64,000 nt of DNA from Tubiluchus corallicola (GCA_030141605.1 JAQGDQ010000194.1:124001-188000); one strand, 5' to 3'. Positions 1-13,720 are shown, numbered from the stretch's first letter. Translations and numbers: made by a program. Notes: generated by a model not told the origin, from the letters alone.

Positions 1-77
1 TTAGCGTCAGCGGTGCAGAGACCACCCATAGTCTCAGCCACATCTTCAACAAAGCGTCATCAAACAACAAAACAAAA
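1..77 (+). CDS. HIPK: HIPK internal coding exon (5' part outside window)
   Basis: Frame 1 is open (LASAVQRPPIVSATSSTKRHQTTKQ) up to donor AA|GTAATT. The phase-2 end is compatible with the next exon. No diagnostic motif in this piece. Confidence 0.55.
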
Positions 78-478
78 GTAATTTATTTAACTTTTAGATT
101 TATTTTCTGACAAACCACAGAACATTTTTCAGTAACACTTTTCCATTATTGGAAACTCTTAGAAGAGGTAAATTAATTCCAAATTCTGCATTAAAAGCAG
201 GACTCTGCTAAACTTTTATGGGAACACTACACAGTTTAAATAATTCTCTTTGCATTCAGGACTTTTAACTAAACCCAGAAAGATTTAGTAAAAATTTTTT
301 GTTGTTTTTATTGTGTAAATTTTGAGTTGCCTTTTCGAACAACAGGGGCTAACATTAAGTAGACATTTACTATTCAAATTAGCAACTTCAGCCATTAAGA
401 ATCTGTTATGCTTGTTATATTATGCTATAATCTTGTACTAAGAAAATGCAAATGCATTTGTAATGTCTTTATGTACAG

Positions 479-700
479 TAGGTCACACAAAGAGATGACT
501 TCACAACTGTCTCCTGTCAAGAAGCGAATAAAGGAAAACACTCCACCAGACACAATTCACACACGTCCACGCCCACCATCACCTCCGCTCAGCAGTCATT
601 TGGGCAGTACGATTGTCATTGCAGATACTCCAAGCCCAGCCATTAGTGTAATAACGATCAGTTCCGATTCAGACGATGAACAGCTAAACACCCCAAACAG
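479..700 (+). CDS. HIPK: HIPK exon with the PEST/SUMO-interaction region
   Basis: Encodes SQLSPVKKRIKENTPP...TIVIADTPSPAISVITISSDSDDE, matching the HIPK-family motifs KKRVKENTPP and DTPSPxVSVITISSD. Acceptor is CAG(478) or TAG(481); donor is AG|GTGAGT. Confidence 0.9.
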
Positions 701-1220
701 GTGAGTGATTGTTTCTTTTTATTTTTGAATACATACCAAAGAATAGCTTTGATTTTATTGCCATTTATGATGCTACGTTGGCACCGATTGTGTCAAATTG
801 CATTATAATAAAAGGTGAAGGGCTGTGCGTAACTGTTACAGTTTTTTCATTTTGTTGATAAAAAATTACTTTATCACCATGTGAGTGGTAACACTGCTGT
901 CTTGGTGACATAGCTTGCAATTTTTTTCAGTGTTTTTGTTTAAATTAATATGTATGTCAGACAAGGTTATACTATTTAGTGGAAGGAGGCCACCGTGTGG
1001 TATAGCAAATTGATACCCAAATGCATATATTTGTAAAGCTGTTAATGTTTATAATGCAGCCTTGAATGAAGATGTGTGAGTCTGTGTGATATTTTATTGT
1101 ATTTAGGCTATTATATTATCAATTTTACTGATTTTATTGAAAGTATTTAATTTCTTCTTGGGATATAATAAAGTTTTACTTACTTAATTTTGTCAAACAT
1201 GTGTTTTAAATTGTTACTAG

Positions 1221-1330
1221 GAGTAAAAGTAAAAATAGCAGTTCGTGCAAAAAATCTTCTAAAGCTTCACGAATACAGAGCAAGAGGGAGTGTACTGTTG
1301 CTAATACAAATGAGGAGTTATCATCTGCAG
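1221..1330 (+). CDS. HIPK: HIPK exon (Ser/Lys-rich linker)
   Basis: TAG| acceptor and CAG|GTGAAT donor, with an open frame SKSKNSSSCKKSSKASRIQSKRECTVANTNEELSSA. Phases 2 to 1 fit both neighbours. Confidence 0.7.
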
Positions 1331-2252
1331 GTGAATAACAATTTTATTAAATATCTATTTATTAATATTCTTGGTATATCTTTAATAATTATCAGTCCAT
1401 GTAAGGTAAGCGAACGCTGATGTAATGTAGTGTATTAATTTAACAAATATTTACTTTAAATTTATTTGTTGCTATAAATACAGGAGTCGCTTAATAGACT
1501 CACTGCAGGATGGAGGTGTTTTGACCCAAGTAACCGACTGATTCAGTTAGCTGAAGAGCATAGCCTATTACTACTATAGAAGTATGAGTCATCATCACTC
1601 ATCACCTTAGTATGCATTGCAAAGGCCTTAAATGAATTTTAGAAATTAATTTATATAGTTCGTGAAATGCTCATAATGATAAAATCGTTGAAAATCTGTT
1701 GCTGTATGCTGAACATGTTCATGCAAACCAGTTAGTCACTTAGTGCTTGAGCTGTAGTTGGTATCGACCTTGTTTCTCCTGTGAAAAGCAGCGGAAACTT
1801 CAAAAGCAAACTGCAGAGCAAGTGATTGAATGTTTAGCTTCCAAAAACAATGAGGTTAACTGCAGTTGACAAGCAGGTAACAGATTCAAAGCAAAACCAC
1901 CGCACTAGCATATTAGTGCATATGATAAACATACTATACCTGCTTACAAACAAAGCCCTACTTAACATGTCTGTTTCTACATATATTATAGTGCACAAAA
2001 TCGACATATAAATGACGTAGAAGCAGTAAAAGCTCTTTGGACAGACACAAGTGTCTTATTTTAAGTATGTGAAGGAAAAATATTGAGTCAATTATGCCGA
2101 GTTATTTGAATATGAGTGGCCCGTAGCAGACGTTTTTAGGTCAATTAGGTGACTGTGTCTATTAATCATGAGTCTAATAAATGACAGCTACTGTGTTTGA
2201 AAATTTAAAATGACTTGAACTTAAGTTTCTCATTATTCTTACTTTATTCTAG

Positions 2253-2431
2253 TGAAATCAAACACCAAGCGTAGTTCAAAAACCAACAGTAATACAACAT
2301 GTGTGATGCTTCAAGATTCACAGGATTCTGACTCGGATACTAATGCAAGTCCTGTTGTGCGGTTACCAAAAATCCGCTCAAAACGAGAACTCCATCGACA
2401 TACTAGGCGTGGAGAGCGGGTACCGAAAATG
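2253..2431 (+). CDS. HIPK: HIPK exon
   Basis: Pyrimidine tract plus TAG acceptor. TTCVMLQDSQDSDSD resembles the HIPK CVTVHDS motif. Donor ATG|GTGTGT; phases 1 to 0. Confidence 0.75.
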
Positions 2432-3091
2432 GTGTGTGCATTTTTACATAATTTGTATAAAATGCATACTGGAATGTTGCATATTATCCATTGTTGTGTA
2501 TTACTAATTGCTGTGAGTCAGTGTTTTCTTTATATGGTACAGGAACATTTATTTTCAGCTTTGCTGATTTCTTACCAAATTGTTCTCAAGAAAGTACATT
2601 TTTAAATTAGTTTCTACCATCAGTTTGTGTTACCTGAGTATTAACAAATAGTAATTTAATAACAATGGTCAGTATCATAAAACTTGACTATTTTCTTTGG
2701 CAGCAGAAAAAAATTACATGTGGATAAATGACGCACTTCTAATATAAAAACGATCATGTTTCTTTGGCACATTTTGTAGTAGCGTAAGGTTGTCTGCTAG
2801 GTTAGTTTTGAGTGTCGCTGTCAACATTTATCATCAATATAGATTTGCAAATGTAAAAGCTTTTCTAAATGAACAGTCCATTGTACAGGTTTTCCAAGGA
2901 AGATGCCACACAATTTCATTAGTGAAAATTGATAATTTATCACTTATTTTTTTAAATTTCTTATTGACATCTTAATCAAAACAAACATTTATTTTCACAA
3001 ATATCTGAGCTAAAAGAACATTTTTAAGTGCAGGTAATATTTAGCAATGTTTTGCCAAGATTAATTATAGCATTATTTTTTTCTATTTTAG

Positions 3092-3276
3092 GAAGTTGCC
3101 GAGGAGCCAGTGCCACTGTTGCCTATTGTTGAACCTGACAGTACCCGAGGACATAGTTTGTATGGAGGTTTACAGTCAAGCCATCAATTAAGGCATCGGC
3201 CACACAGGCATCAAGTGTCTCCCATTCAGCATCTTGGGCAGTCTTTATATTTGGGAGGTCCAGCAGATGTTTATAG
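3092..3276 (+). CDS. HIPK: HIPK exon
   Basis: TTTTAG| acceptor, open frame EVAEEPVPLLP...GGPADVY, donor AG|GTATGA; phases 0 to 2. Confidence 0.75.
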
Positions 3277-3953
3277 GTATGAGAGTTCAATACTAGATTG
3301 TGTACAATTTTTTCCCAATTTTGCACTTTTATATGTTTAGCTTGCAAGTACAGGCCACCTATATCATTAGTGACATGCTAAAACAAAAAGAATAATGCGG
3401 CACTTTATAAAAAACCAAGAAATTAATAATGAGTATAATATTAAAGGAAAAGACAAGTCACTTAGCATTTTTGATTTATTTTACTGTTATCACTTATATT
3501 TAGAAAAATATAACAAAGAAATTTGCAGAAAATCTATCTCTAAAGCATGAAGTTAATTTATTATTAATAATATCATATATAATATATAATATCACGAAAT
3601 TAGTATGTAATTATTTGTAAAAACTTATACTTTGACAAAAATTGACAGTCTGCTGCTTTTCTCCAGTCAGTGAACGACATAATTGACCTTTGATATAATT
3701 TATTTAGTGGTTCTTTATTCATACTGTGGAGTAGGCAGCAATATTATTAACATGTAAAATAACAAACGCTTTGCATGCATTGCCCAGCTGACTCAAAATT
3801 CTGTGCACTTATATAAATGTACGTTCAGTTTTGTACATATTATTCACTATTGGATCTTTTAAGTGACAGTTGATGGGGTTTATTGAATTTTGTTTGTAAA
3901 AAGAATTAGTCAGTGATTGCACATAACTTTTGTATGTCTTTCATTCTTTCCAG

Positions 3954-4269
3954 GGATTACAGACGACCTCTTTACGTGTCATCTGGACCATATGTACATC
4001 CGACAGCAACTACACAAAAGACAATAGCACCTCCTGTTGCGCATATGCCAGGAACACAGTATGCCTCTGCTTTGCCTCCGCCAGCACACCATCAGTCACA
4101 GCGCCACACGATGCAGTACACTGCACATCCGCTTCCTGCACATCTCCCCACACACCACGTTTTACCAGCTACATATGTTGGTTCACCTCCAGGTATCTAT
4201 AGTTATGCGCTGTCACCCACAAAAGCTTGTCAGTACCAACATATGTACCAATCGTTCCCAGCTGAATAA
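3954..4269 (+). CDS. HIPK: HIPK terminal coding exon (Tyr/His-rich C-terminus)
   Basis: TTTCCAG| acceptor. Y/H/P-rich peptide ending YALSPTKACQYQHMYQSFPAE*, similar to the HIPK C-terminal YPLSPxKxxQYxY motif. Confidence 0.85.
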
Positions 4270-7200
4270 GACCTGGTGGAGTCTTTCAAAGACTGCTTAT
4301 CTAGCGGCTGCAGTTTGCAGCCTGGAAGGCTTCTCATTTTCAATTGGTATCTTTGAATAAATCTGTGGAATTCATGGAAGAAAGAGAATCTAGCAACTGG
4401 CAATTTGCTGCATGTGATAGCGATATTGCACTTTTTCTTTTTTGCCTGTAAATATTGTGCTTTGCATCAAGTAAGTTAGAGCCAGCAGGTTGGCTTTGTT
4501 TCATAGATTCGTAGCGGAGTATTGTATGTACATGGAGCGGTGCTAATACTTTTTGATAAATACAAGAAGGCAATTTGTACAAATTTAATTTAATTTGAAA
4601 TCCAAAGAACTATTGTGATGGTAAGAATAATGTACTGAAACATAAGGGGGCAATACAACTTGATGTAGTATGTCAGTTATTGTAGGACTATTATTTGTGG
4701 GTGTTTTATGTGCAGTTTAATATTAATCCTTGCATGGTATTTTAAAAGGTTATTACTATAATTCTGCATTAGTATTATTTTTGATATTGTATTTGTTCCT
4801 GATGATTACTTTAGTACAGTAGTTTTTTGTGGTGTGAGTAATAATTATCCAACAGTGGCAGAGAAATGTCAAGTTGCTTGTTCAAGAATGCAACCAAATT
4901 GAATGAATTGATATGTGCAAGTATTAACGCTTGTGACTTGTCAGCGGCTGCTTTTATTTATAAAGCTTTTTATTCATGTTTCAATCTCGGCTTTGTTTTG
5001 TTAGGTAGTGTCACATACAATTTCACTTGTAGAGCTTGATAATGTATTTTGCGGTATTACACATTCCATTTTGTAGGTTGCCTCTGTGGCAACACTATAG
5101 AATATTCATGATTATTCTAATTCGTCCACTTTTCTGGTATAAAGATGTAGGTCGATATGGCTTCATCCAATTTACTGGGTATTTTATTATATAGACTAAT
5201 AGTAGTTAGAGTCAGGGCGCACATTTTTATCTTACTTGTAAATACAAAACAATTATGGGACACCATACCAACATCACAACAGATTTGATAATGCTGAGCT
5301 ATGTAATGGCTTTTTCATTTTGCGCTTTTAGTGCGATTTGTCTATAATAGGGATTTGATTAAAATTTGTTTTAGGCAGAATCCTATTTTAACTAAAAAAC
5401 TGGAAAAAATGAACCGGTTTGTTCATAACAAAGAGTTAAGTATGGCCTAACTACTGGTTATGTGTGATGTTTTTTATCTATTTCTATAATGAAGGTTAGT
5501 TATTTAATCACGTTACATTATAAGTAATGTAACAGGTGAATAACAGTTTGCATTTCCTTAAAGCAGATGCTGCTTCTGCTTGCTAGTCACTTAAGCAATG
5601 GTTTTTGGGAATTTTCATTTAGATAAGCCCGTTTTTGCCTATCACTTTGATTTTGTTTTGCACTACTTTGCATAGTCTTATTTACAGTAGAATAGCACAC
5701 AGTGCGCATGTCTGACGTAGATTGTTTCTGTGCTTTGTTGTTGCATGGAATTTGTATATACATTTTGGATACACATCAATTTCACATGTGTACACATCCT
5801 TTTGTATTAACAATGTACAAATTATTAAGATCGCTATTTTTGATTATCTTATGTATCTAATTGTATATTATAGGTATAGCATAAAGAATGGTATAGTGTA
5901 TATTGTATCATATAGTACATAGATTGTATATTATTATTAATTATTATTATTATACTTAATTACACTAGGGTTCATTGCATGCAAAGACTGGTAGCATCAG
6001 TAGGGTGACATTAGCTCTATAAATAGGCAAGGTGTATTTTTGCATAGCAGGATAATAATTATGTTAGGTTTAGCATTAGTTTGATATGTGCGTGTGTGTG
6101 TGTGTAGAATGAAACAGTGGGAGCAATTTTGTGCATTTTGCATTTCAATTTCATAGTGGGTGTAAATACATTAGAAGGTTAACTGTAGTCCTTATGATCT
6201 ATGATTTGTTTGTGTATGTGTGTTTACATACGTTTTCATTAGTAGTATTGTTAGTCTATGGACAGTTAATGTTTTTTAGTTTTGTGATTATAGCTTATGT
6301 GTCTATTGCTTATTTTATATTTGATAAATTGTTCGGTAGATGGGTTGATAATTGTAACCAGTGTGTAATATTTACACGTTTACAAACATATCATGCAGGT
6401 ACAGCTGTGGTCACATTTAATAGTTGTGTAATTTTTAGATGTGATACCATTATCACTTTCTGGGTTTTTAGATGCTGCTTTATGATATATTTGTATGGGT
6501 TACGCAAGGAAGAAAAAGTTGGTGCAGCAAGCACTAATATAGGCAAGTTTGTATTTGTTCTTTGTCCATGGTCATTGCTATCAATCACATTTTGTGCTAG
6601 GAGGAATGAAAAGTATTTATAGTTCGTTTCTGTAGCTGTGCATTGCTTTCATACAAGGGTACAGTGCACTAGTTTCAGTCTTCTAAATTGCTAGGCAGTA
6701 TCACCACTGTTTTGATCTAATTTTATTTAATTTTGTTATCGTAAAACCTTCATGTTTGGAAAGCTTCGTTGATTTTAATTTTTGTCTCTGATAACTAAGC
6801 TTACAGTGCCAAACTGGGGAAAAGGGTTGTGTAGCAAAGCAAAGGTTTTTTGGTAATTTGGTTTGTCTGACTTGCCTAGAAATATTCTTTCAGCGAAAAA
6901 CTCATTTTACTAACACTCTTCTTCTCATTAGATGAATTTTGAAAATGGGCTAATCTTTTTAAACTATAATCTGTATTGTTTATTTGTGATACAGAATAGC
7001 CCTGTTTTATGATTACTGCATATATTGTACTATCTTTGTAAGGGAAGTTAATACTTATATGTCATTAGTAAAAGCTTTTTGATGTAGGCAAACTTTAATC
7101 GTTACTCTCATATTACTGACTGTGTGTCATTAGTAATGCATAATTTTGAACTAAAGAACGTATTTAAATTAATTATATTTTAATTAAATAATTAATTGTA

Positions 7201-10200
7201 CGCTATTGCATGTAATTAGTATTGTATTGAATACATGGTTATTGGTTATTTGCTGTGGGCTCTTTTCTTTAATTAGTCTCAGTTTTTGTAACTTTTGTTT
7301 TTCATTAATAATTGATTAGTAATTAATATCTTTGCACTAGTGCAGTTTTGGTAGCTATTGTATATCTTAATAAGAATAATATGATCTCAATGTCATGTAT
7401 TAGAATTTATGTAACAGTTACATTGATTAGATAATGTTTTGTTCTTGTCTGTTAGAGAGCTATCTCTCACCTTCTTAATGTTCAATGGCTGTAATTGTTT
7501 CTATGAAATTTTACAGTTATTTTTTTCAATTGATTGTTCAATTTATTGACCTTATTAATTGCTTACCATGCTATTTTGTTTACAAAACCATGAAGAGCAC
7601 ATTTGCATGGTTTTGGGATGTAAATTTGAAGTTCAAGGCTAATTAATGTCATACATATAATGTTAATTTAAATGAGGATGCATGTTTATTATTGCCTGAA
7701 ACAACGAATGGGCGTTTATGTCAATGCAGTAATTAGCCATATAAACTTTGTACTAATGTTTTTTAAATGGATTAAGTTTATACACATATGAATCCGGACT
7801 ATGTGGAGACAGTATGTGGATTGTTCCAGCGATGGTGAGTAGGGAATGTGTGGCAATGTTTTGTTGAACTACAAATACAGTTGCTTATTTGCAACATTCT
7901 GCTTTACCATCGCCAGATTGCTGCACATTTGGCACAATTTCCATATATTGTGGATGCATGTGGGCTAGTCTCGCGTTTGTGTGACTGATTGTTTATTATT
8001 AAGTATGTCTTTGAAACATTGTAAAACTCTATCGGGACTGTTTTCTTGAGGATAGTAACATGCATGTTCATTTGCGTTTTTTACTCTCAAGGTTGGATTT
8101 ATTGTTTTGGATATGGTGAAAGCTTCAGTTGAGCTTCATTTCAAATGAGCTTCAGTTTTCTTTTATAGAGTGATTTGACGTATCCAATATCGGTGTTTAA
8201 ATCTTTTACTGTATCCCGACAATATTAGTAGATCGTTTTTTGTTTTTGTTTTTGTTTTTTTGCAATAATATTATTTGTTCTTTAGTTTGAACTACAACTA
8301 AAACTAACTATTATTGTATGATCACACATATTTTGGCTGATAGTGTTACTTAAAATTGTACAAGTGTTGGTGCCTAGTATTTACATTTTCGCTTTTTTTA
8401 TCTTTAGCAACGTCAGGCTAGTGCCTTGAAATTAACGTAAAAATAATAAAAGCAAAATAGAATAATTAACCCAGCAAAGTTGTGTTTTGGCTGGTACAAA
8501 ACTTCCAAAGCTTTGTAAGTCTACTTAGCCAGAATGTCATTGTTTCATTACATGTATAACAATGAACAAGTAACATGGTTAAGTCTGGTTTGCCTTTCGA
8601 TTTATCATTCTTGGCATGGTTGAAATATTAGGATAATTGCATATTGTTCTGCTATAAAGTTATGTATTATTGTGTGCATTATTACTTAGCTCACTGCTTT
8701 TCAGCATTAATTATTAATGCTGGCAGGAGTCACGTTGTCTTATAATTGGCTACGTCATAACTTATTAGGTGAACTATGTTAGCAGTAGCGTTAGTGTAAG
8801 CTATAATAATTGCGGTGCGCTCTTTCTTATCAGATGTGGTGAAACAGTGGATCATATTTATTCACTTTATTTGCTTGCGTACCATATCGCATTGTTTCAT
8901 CAAAAAATACTTCAGGTTACTTTACTTGGAAATTTGCGGGAGCATTTTTTGCGCTTGTCAGTGAATTGACTGGTATTCTGGTAGCGGTAGAAACAAAGAA
9001 ATAAAATAAAACTCCATAAAATTTAAAAGAAAACTGAATAATTGCCCACTGTTTTTCCGGTTTTTTATACACTATCAACTGTCTAGAGTTCATGGTGGTA
9101 ATGAACACTGACAGTCGTAATATATGGAAAATTTTTAAGTACTGCTCGCTAAGTCTTTGTACGTTTTTTTGCATGCAGCTGTAAAGTCAGCATGAATACC
9201 AACTTTCACCAAGACAAATTTTTGTTTCTGTTCTCCCTCAGATACTAAAAAGTATCGATATGTGTATGTGATAACATAGTAACTACATATTCTTTGTATG
9301 TACGTGTAATTCGTTCATATATAATTTCTAGTCACTTTTGCATTAGTGTGTTGACAATGGAAGGTACTAAAGGGATTTGTTTGTACTAAATATTTCTTGA
9401 AATTTCATGGACTTTGAGTTGAATTGTAACGTTTGCGCTCTGTGTGAATAGGTACTCGTATTTTAACTAAGCAATTCGTTTGTGCTAGACTTTTCCTGCG
9501 CTTGAATTTGCATGGATTTTGAGTTGACTTATAATTATCGCTGTCTGTATGAATAGGTATTTGTATTTAAATCTTGTGTCATTTAAACTTATCTTACTAC
9601 TTCTCATAGTTATTATACATAAAATCCGTTTATCATATTAATTTACCCGTATCATTCAATGTTCTTTAAAAATTAGAGCTAGGAATGTTTTCGCCCTAAC
9701 GCGTGATAATTTATAAATTTATATTTGTAATAACTTTCATTTAAATTATAAGAAATTCACAATTAGTGTTATGTTTGATGGTAAACTCTATAATTATAAT
9801 CAACTTTATGTACTGGAAGTTGCACATCAGATGTTATAAAACATTTGTAATCGCATGATTACAATGTTACTAAATCAAGAAATCGAGATAATTTTCAATG
9901 ATTAAATTTCGCATGAATTGGATATTAGTTTTTTAGTTTTTAGCGCCTGTTCTGATAAAAAGCAATTTTGAAACATTGACATTGTAATTTAATTTAAGAA
10001 TGTATAAACTCGTGGTCCTAGCAGTGGTTGGATGATATGTGTATGTACAATTGTACATTCTTACACGAATAATTGCTTTAGTGAGAGCGAAATAAGAAAC
10101 TTGTATAAATGTTATCTAGGTCCTGTGTTTACTGTAATCGTCACAAATTGTCATGAATTTCGATATCAGGTGATTACTCGAGTAGTTTCATGATTTGGTC

Positions 10201-10240
10201 TCTCTCTCTAAAAATAAATAAAAATTACTGCAAGCATAAA
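4270..10240 (+). other. Probable long HIPK 3' UTR
   Basis: About 6 kb of T/G-skewed sequence with no recognisable TE. Overlapping AATAAA at 10213-10222 is followed by a T-rich tract. Earlier AATAAA hexamers lie near 4356, 8445 and 9000. Confidence 0.5.
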
Positions 10241-10299
10241 AGTCGCCTTCTTTGTTTACTTTTTAAACAATTATTGACTATATATTAAATAATTTTACA

Positions 10300-10370
10300 C
10301 CTAGTCGAATGGTTACAATACGCTCTCGTGATAAGCCGTGGATGAACAGTTTTGTAAGAAAGCTCAGGAT
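10300..10370 (+). mobile_element. Small CR1/L2-type LINE ORF2 fragment
   Basis: VTIRSRDKPWMNSFVRKL resembles the KPW motif between the endonuclease and RT domains. Confidence 0.4.
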
Positions 10371-11684
10371 GCTAAAAAAATTTATAGATTTGACCACTCA
10401 TTTATTTTTCTCTCCACCTCCCCTAATTATAAAACAGTTCACTTCCGTTTTACGTTCTGGACATTTTACTTTTAGGTGCTTACCTCGGTTCAGCATAGAG
10501 TAGGTTTTGTGCTTCATGTTTTTAGGTTAGCAAAAACCTCAAGAAAATTGCACAAAAGCGCTTTGTTCAATAGATTCCCTGGAAATAATTTATGTAGCTA
10601 CTCTTCTGAGAATTTATCAATAAACAATCACTTATGGGCCACAACATAACAGTAAGCTAATTTTAATATATCTGAAGTGAAGTGAATGCACTGCTTCCTC
10701 AAACAGCGTGCGTGTGAGTGTCAAGGTCATGCAGTACTTCTGTACGTTTTCAGGTCTTGTTGGTTTAATTTAGTTTTGTTTTGTTTATTGCCATATAATA
10801 CATACAATACTGGATTTACATTAGTAAATGTATATTGCGGAAGTTGGTATTGTACATTGTAGTTAGGTTGTGCCATCTATGTGCTAATCTTGTTACATTC
10901 TACCAACTGACTTACCTTCAGTATAATTGTATGGTCTAGTGACTACATACACACTGGTCCTCTCCCTATCTAAAATTAATGGTTGTTGTGAAGCCTGTGC
11001 AATCTGCATAGGTCAAGTTCTATACCTGTATACTGGCTGTGAAACAGGTTTTACTGACCGTTTTTGTTTTCTAGTTTTTGCTCAATGTTCAGTGAAGCAG
11101 TTTTGTTACTCATGTTTTCTATAGTTCAGTAAACACTTCTGTTGTGTGCAGTGCAAATATTTATTATAGATTTTTGGTTCCTATCCATATTTCTCTGTGT
11201 CTAAACTCAATCATAACAAACTGACTGAACAACAACTTAAAAAGTGACTTTCACATATATAAATAAAAACAAAAGTAAAGATGAAAAGTTAGTAAGTAAT
11301 AAAAATTTGACAAAAATATGCTTCTGGTCGATAAAATACACCATTTTCATGACACAAATAAAATAATTATGGCTGACCACGAAGATACCAAATTCACTAA
11401 AATAAATAAAACATTCGAATAATGAAAATAAAAATGCACAATAAATATTATTTGGTATTATAAAAATATATTACTATATTATATTAAAAAAATATAGTAT
11501 GATTTTTATTTCCTTTTTAAAGCACGGCCACGATTTGACATCAAATGGCAATTATTCCATAAAATAGAAGCTTTACAAACGATGAAATTTTTCATAAGGT
11601 CAGTTCTAATTTTCCGGATCATGGTGATCATTGAGCTGCCTAGAGCACTGTATTGTTTCTTGTAACAACATCATATAGCAACTT

Positions 11685-12060
11685 TTTACCTGTATCCAAA
11701 TGTGCTATGTATCCAAATGTCCTGTGTGTCCATATGTCCTTGGGTCGAAATGTTCTTGTGCCCAAATGTCCTTTTGTCTGTAACAGGCTTACTGCCGTAA
11801 CAGACAAAAAATAACCAAACAAACAAACTGTTTTTAAGCATAACTTCATTGGCAGAGGTAAAAATAACTAAAATAATTATACCCACTATAACCCTAACCT
11901 TAAGCATATATATTACTAAGTGTGCCACTTTTTTCTGTGCTATGTTTACCTTGCCATTTTTCCTGCGCCATTTTATCCTGGGCCATTTTTACCTGTGGCA
12001 TTTTTATTGTGCCATTTTTCCTGTTCGGTTTTTTCCTGTGCCATTTTACCTGTGCCATAT
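11685..12060. repeat. MITE-like remnant(s) with ~15-bp subterminal repeat arrays
   Basis: A TGTCCAAATGTCC-type array at 11690-11775 and a TGTGCCATTTTWCC array at 11920-12057. The first array has a reverse-complement relative at 48980-49120. Confidence 0.5.
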
Positions 12061-12563
12061 CCAACTACATTTGTTTTTGATGCTAATGTGCAGAATATTC
12101 TATGGTAATAGAACAAAGTCTCAAAACTCCGTATAAGGCAATGCAGTTGTGCGCTTTATTAGTGACAGGCTTTTGCTACAAGTAAGGCTTTATTCGGACC
12201 TGTAAAAAGGAGGATAATCACACTTAGCTACAAATATTACCAAGTTCTTACAGATATTACAAAAAGTTTGAACAGTGTAAACATGTAAAATTAGAATAAA
12301 AATTATGTGAACTTACACTTTGTGACATCTATGATTTCATGAATGAGCACAACGTTTTGTTATAATATCATCTGTTATAATAAAAAAATTGTTATAATGA
12401 TATCTAACAAGAAAGCAACAGCAAAACTAGTTCTTCACATGTAGTCGTCTGTAAAACAGTGTGTTAAAGTGCGTGCTAAAGACAGCCGGTAGAAACCGAT
12501 TTGAAGCCAGCAATGTGCGCAATCCAAACGCTGGCAAGACCAGATGCATCAGCTCAAACCAAC

Positions 12564-12808
12564 CTGGAATTCAGCGTTCAGCGGCAGCTCACACCAAGCT
12601 GGAATCCAGCGTTCAGTGGCAGCTCACATAAACCTGGAATCCAGCGTTCAATGGCAGCTCACACCAAGCTGGAATCCAGTGTTCAGTGGCACTTCACACC
12701 AATCTGGAATTCAGTGTTCCGTGGCAGCTCGCACCAAGCTGGAATCCAGTGTTCAGTGGCACTTCACACCAACCTGGAAGTCAATGTTCAGTGGCAGCTC
12801 GCACCAAG
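12564..12808. repeat. 35-bp minisatellite, 7 units
   Basis: Consensus CTGGAATCCAGYGTTCAGTGGCAGCTCACACCAAG; 7 x 35 bp = 245 bp, with alternating unit variants. Confidence 0.95.
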
Positions 12809-13437
12809 CGAGTTATCCATTCGAGGTAAGCAGTCTGAATTAGCCGGACAAGTAAAATGGTGTGTGTATTGAATCCAGTGCTCACATATCCATTCACTCA
12901 CCAGCCCTAGCATTGCTTAACTTCAATTGCTTCAAGCAAAAACCATGGTTCATGTACAAACCATGACGACGTGGCTACTCATATTGATATAGTTATTGTT
13001 GACTTTTATATAGATCTGAATCACCAAATGGGTTGTTTTGGAGAGGGCCTGACAATGATTTATTAAGACCAATGGTCACCTAACATTGACTATTAGTAGG
13101 ATACCTTGAATTCAGTGGAATTAACATGACTGGCCACTCAATGTGATGAATTATAGTGTACTTTAGTGAATATAAACTCGTTATTACCACTAATCCTATT
13201 TTAGTGTGGAAAAACGGTCATTTGTGGTTTGTTAGTTGTTTGTATGTAGGCAAAATTTGTGGTTTAGATAAGAATGAATATTTAACTTCGGGCAACAATT
13301 ATAGATCGCTTGCTTAGTCTACTAATGCTGGTAAAACTATGGATTTGTGTTGCTGATTCGTTAAAATCATTAGCTATCTTACATTGGAAATGCTGAATTT
13401 GGTTGGCCAGCTGTAAGAGATTAACTTTGGATGTTTT

Positions 13438-13512
13438 GATCCCGGAAATAGTGGTCTAAGGTGTCTGTCTTGCAAGCAGCAGACCATTGGTTCAAATCTA
13501 AGCAGGTAACAT
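13438..13512 (+). mobile_element. tRNA-derived SINE head or decayed tRNA(Ala-TGC)-like sequence
   Basis: A-box-like TAGTGGTCTAAGG, anticodon-arm-like CTGT-CTTGCAA-GCAG and B-box GGTTCAAATC. No intact acceptor stem. Confidence 0.45.
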
Positions 13513-13599
13513 TTACTAAATCTAAGCCTAATATTCTGAGCTTCAAGTAACATTTACACGTTGACGTTGATGTCGCCGAAAAAGTGTTGTCATCTGTTT

Positions 13600-13720
13600 G
13601 TTCAAACAATTTAAATGGTGTTTCCCATCAGAGTTTAACTTATCGGCTATTATAGAGCAGAATTAAAATAGCAGAGAGCATTGAGCCTTGTGGTAAACCA
13701 ACCTGACAAGCCAAAATGAA
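13600..13720 (-). mobile_element. Decayed LINE RT fragment
   Basis: The minus strand reads GLPQGSMLSAILILLY, equivalent to the GxPQGSxLSPxLF RT motif. Confidence 0.5.

Noticed and set aside
4267-4356. HIPK stop-codon readthrough extension
   Set aside because: The stop is TAA-G, a poor readthrough context, and the 28-codon extension is unremarkable.
6131-6622. 163-aa hydrophobic ORF
   Set aside because: It has a GTG start, lies in T-rich UTR-like sequence that naturally encodes F/L/V/I, and has no family motif.
12501-12872. Repeat-protein ORFs or CRISPR at the 35-bp array
   Set aside because: The ORFs are by-products of a stop-free tandem repeat whose unit is not a multiple of 3, and there are no spacers.
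13438-13512. Functional tRNA gene
   Set aside because: The acceptor and T stems do not pair, so it is retained only as a SINE-like head.
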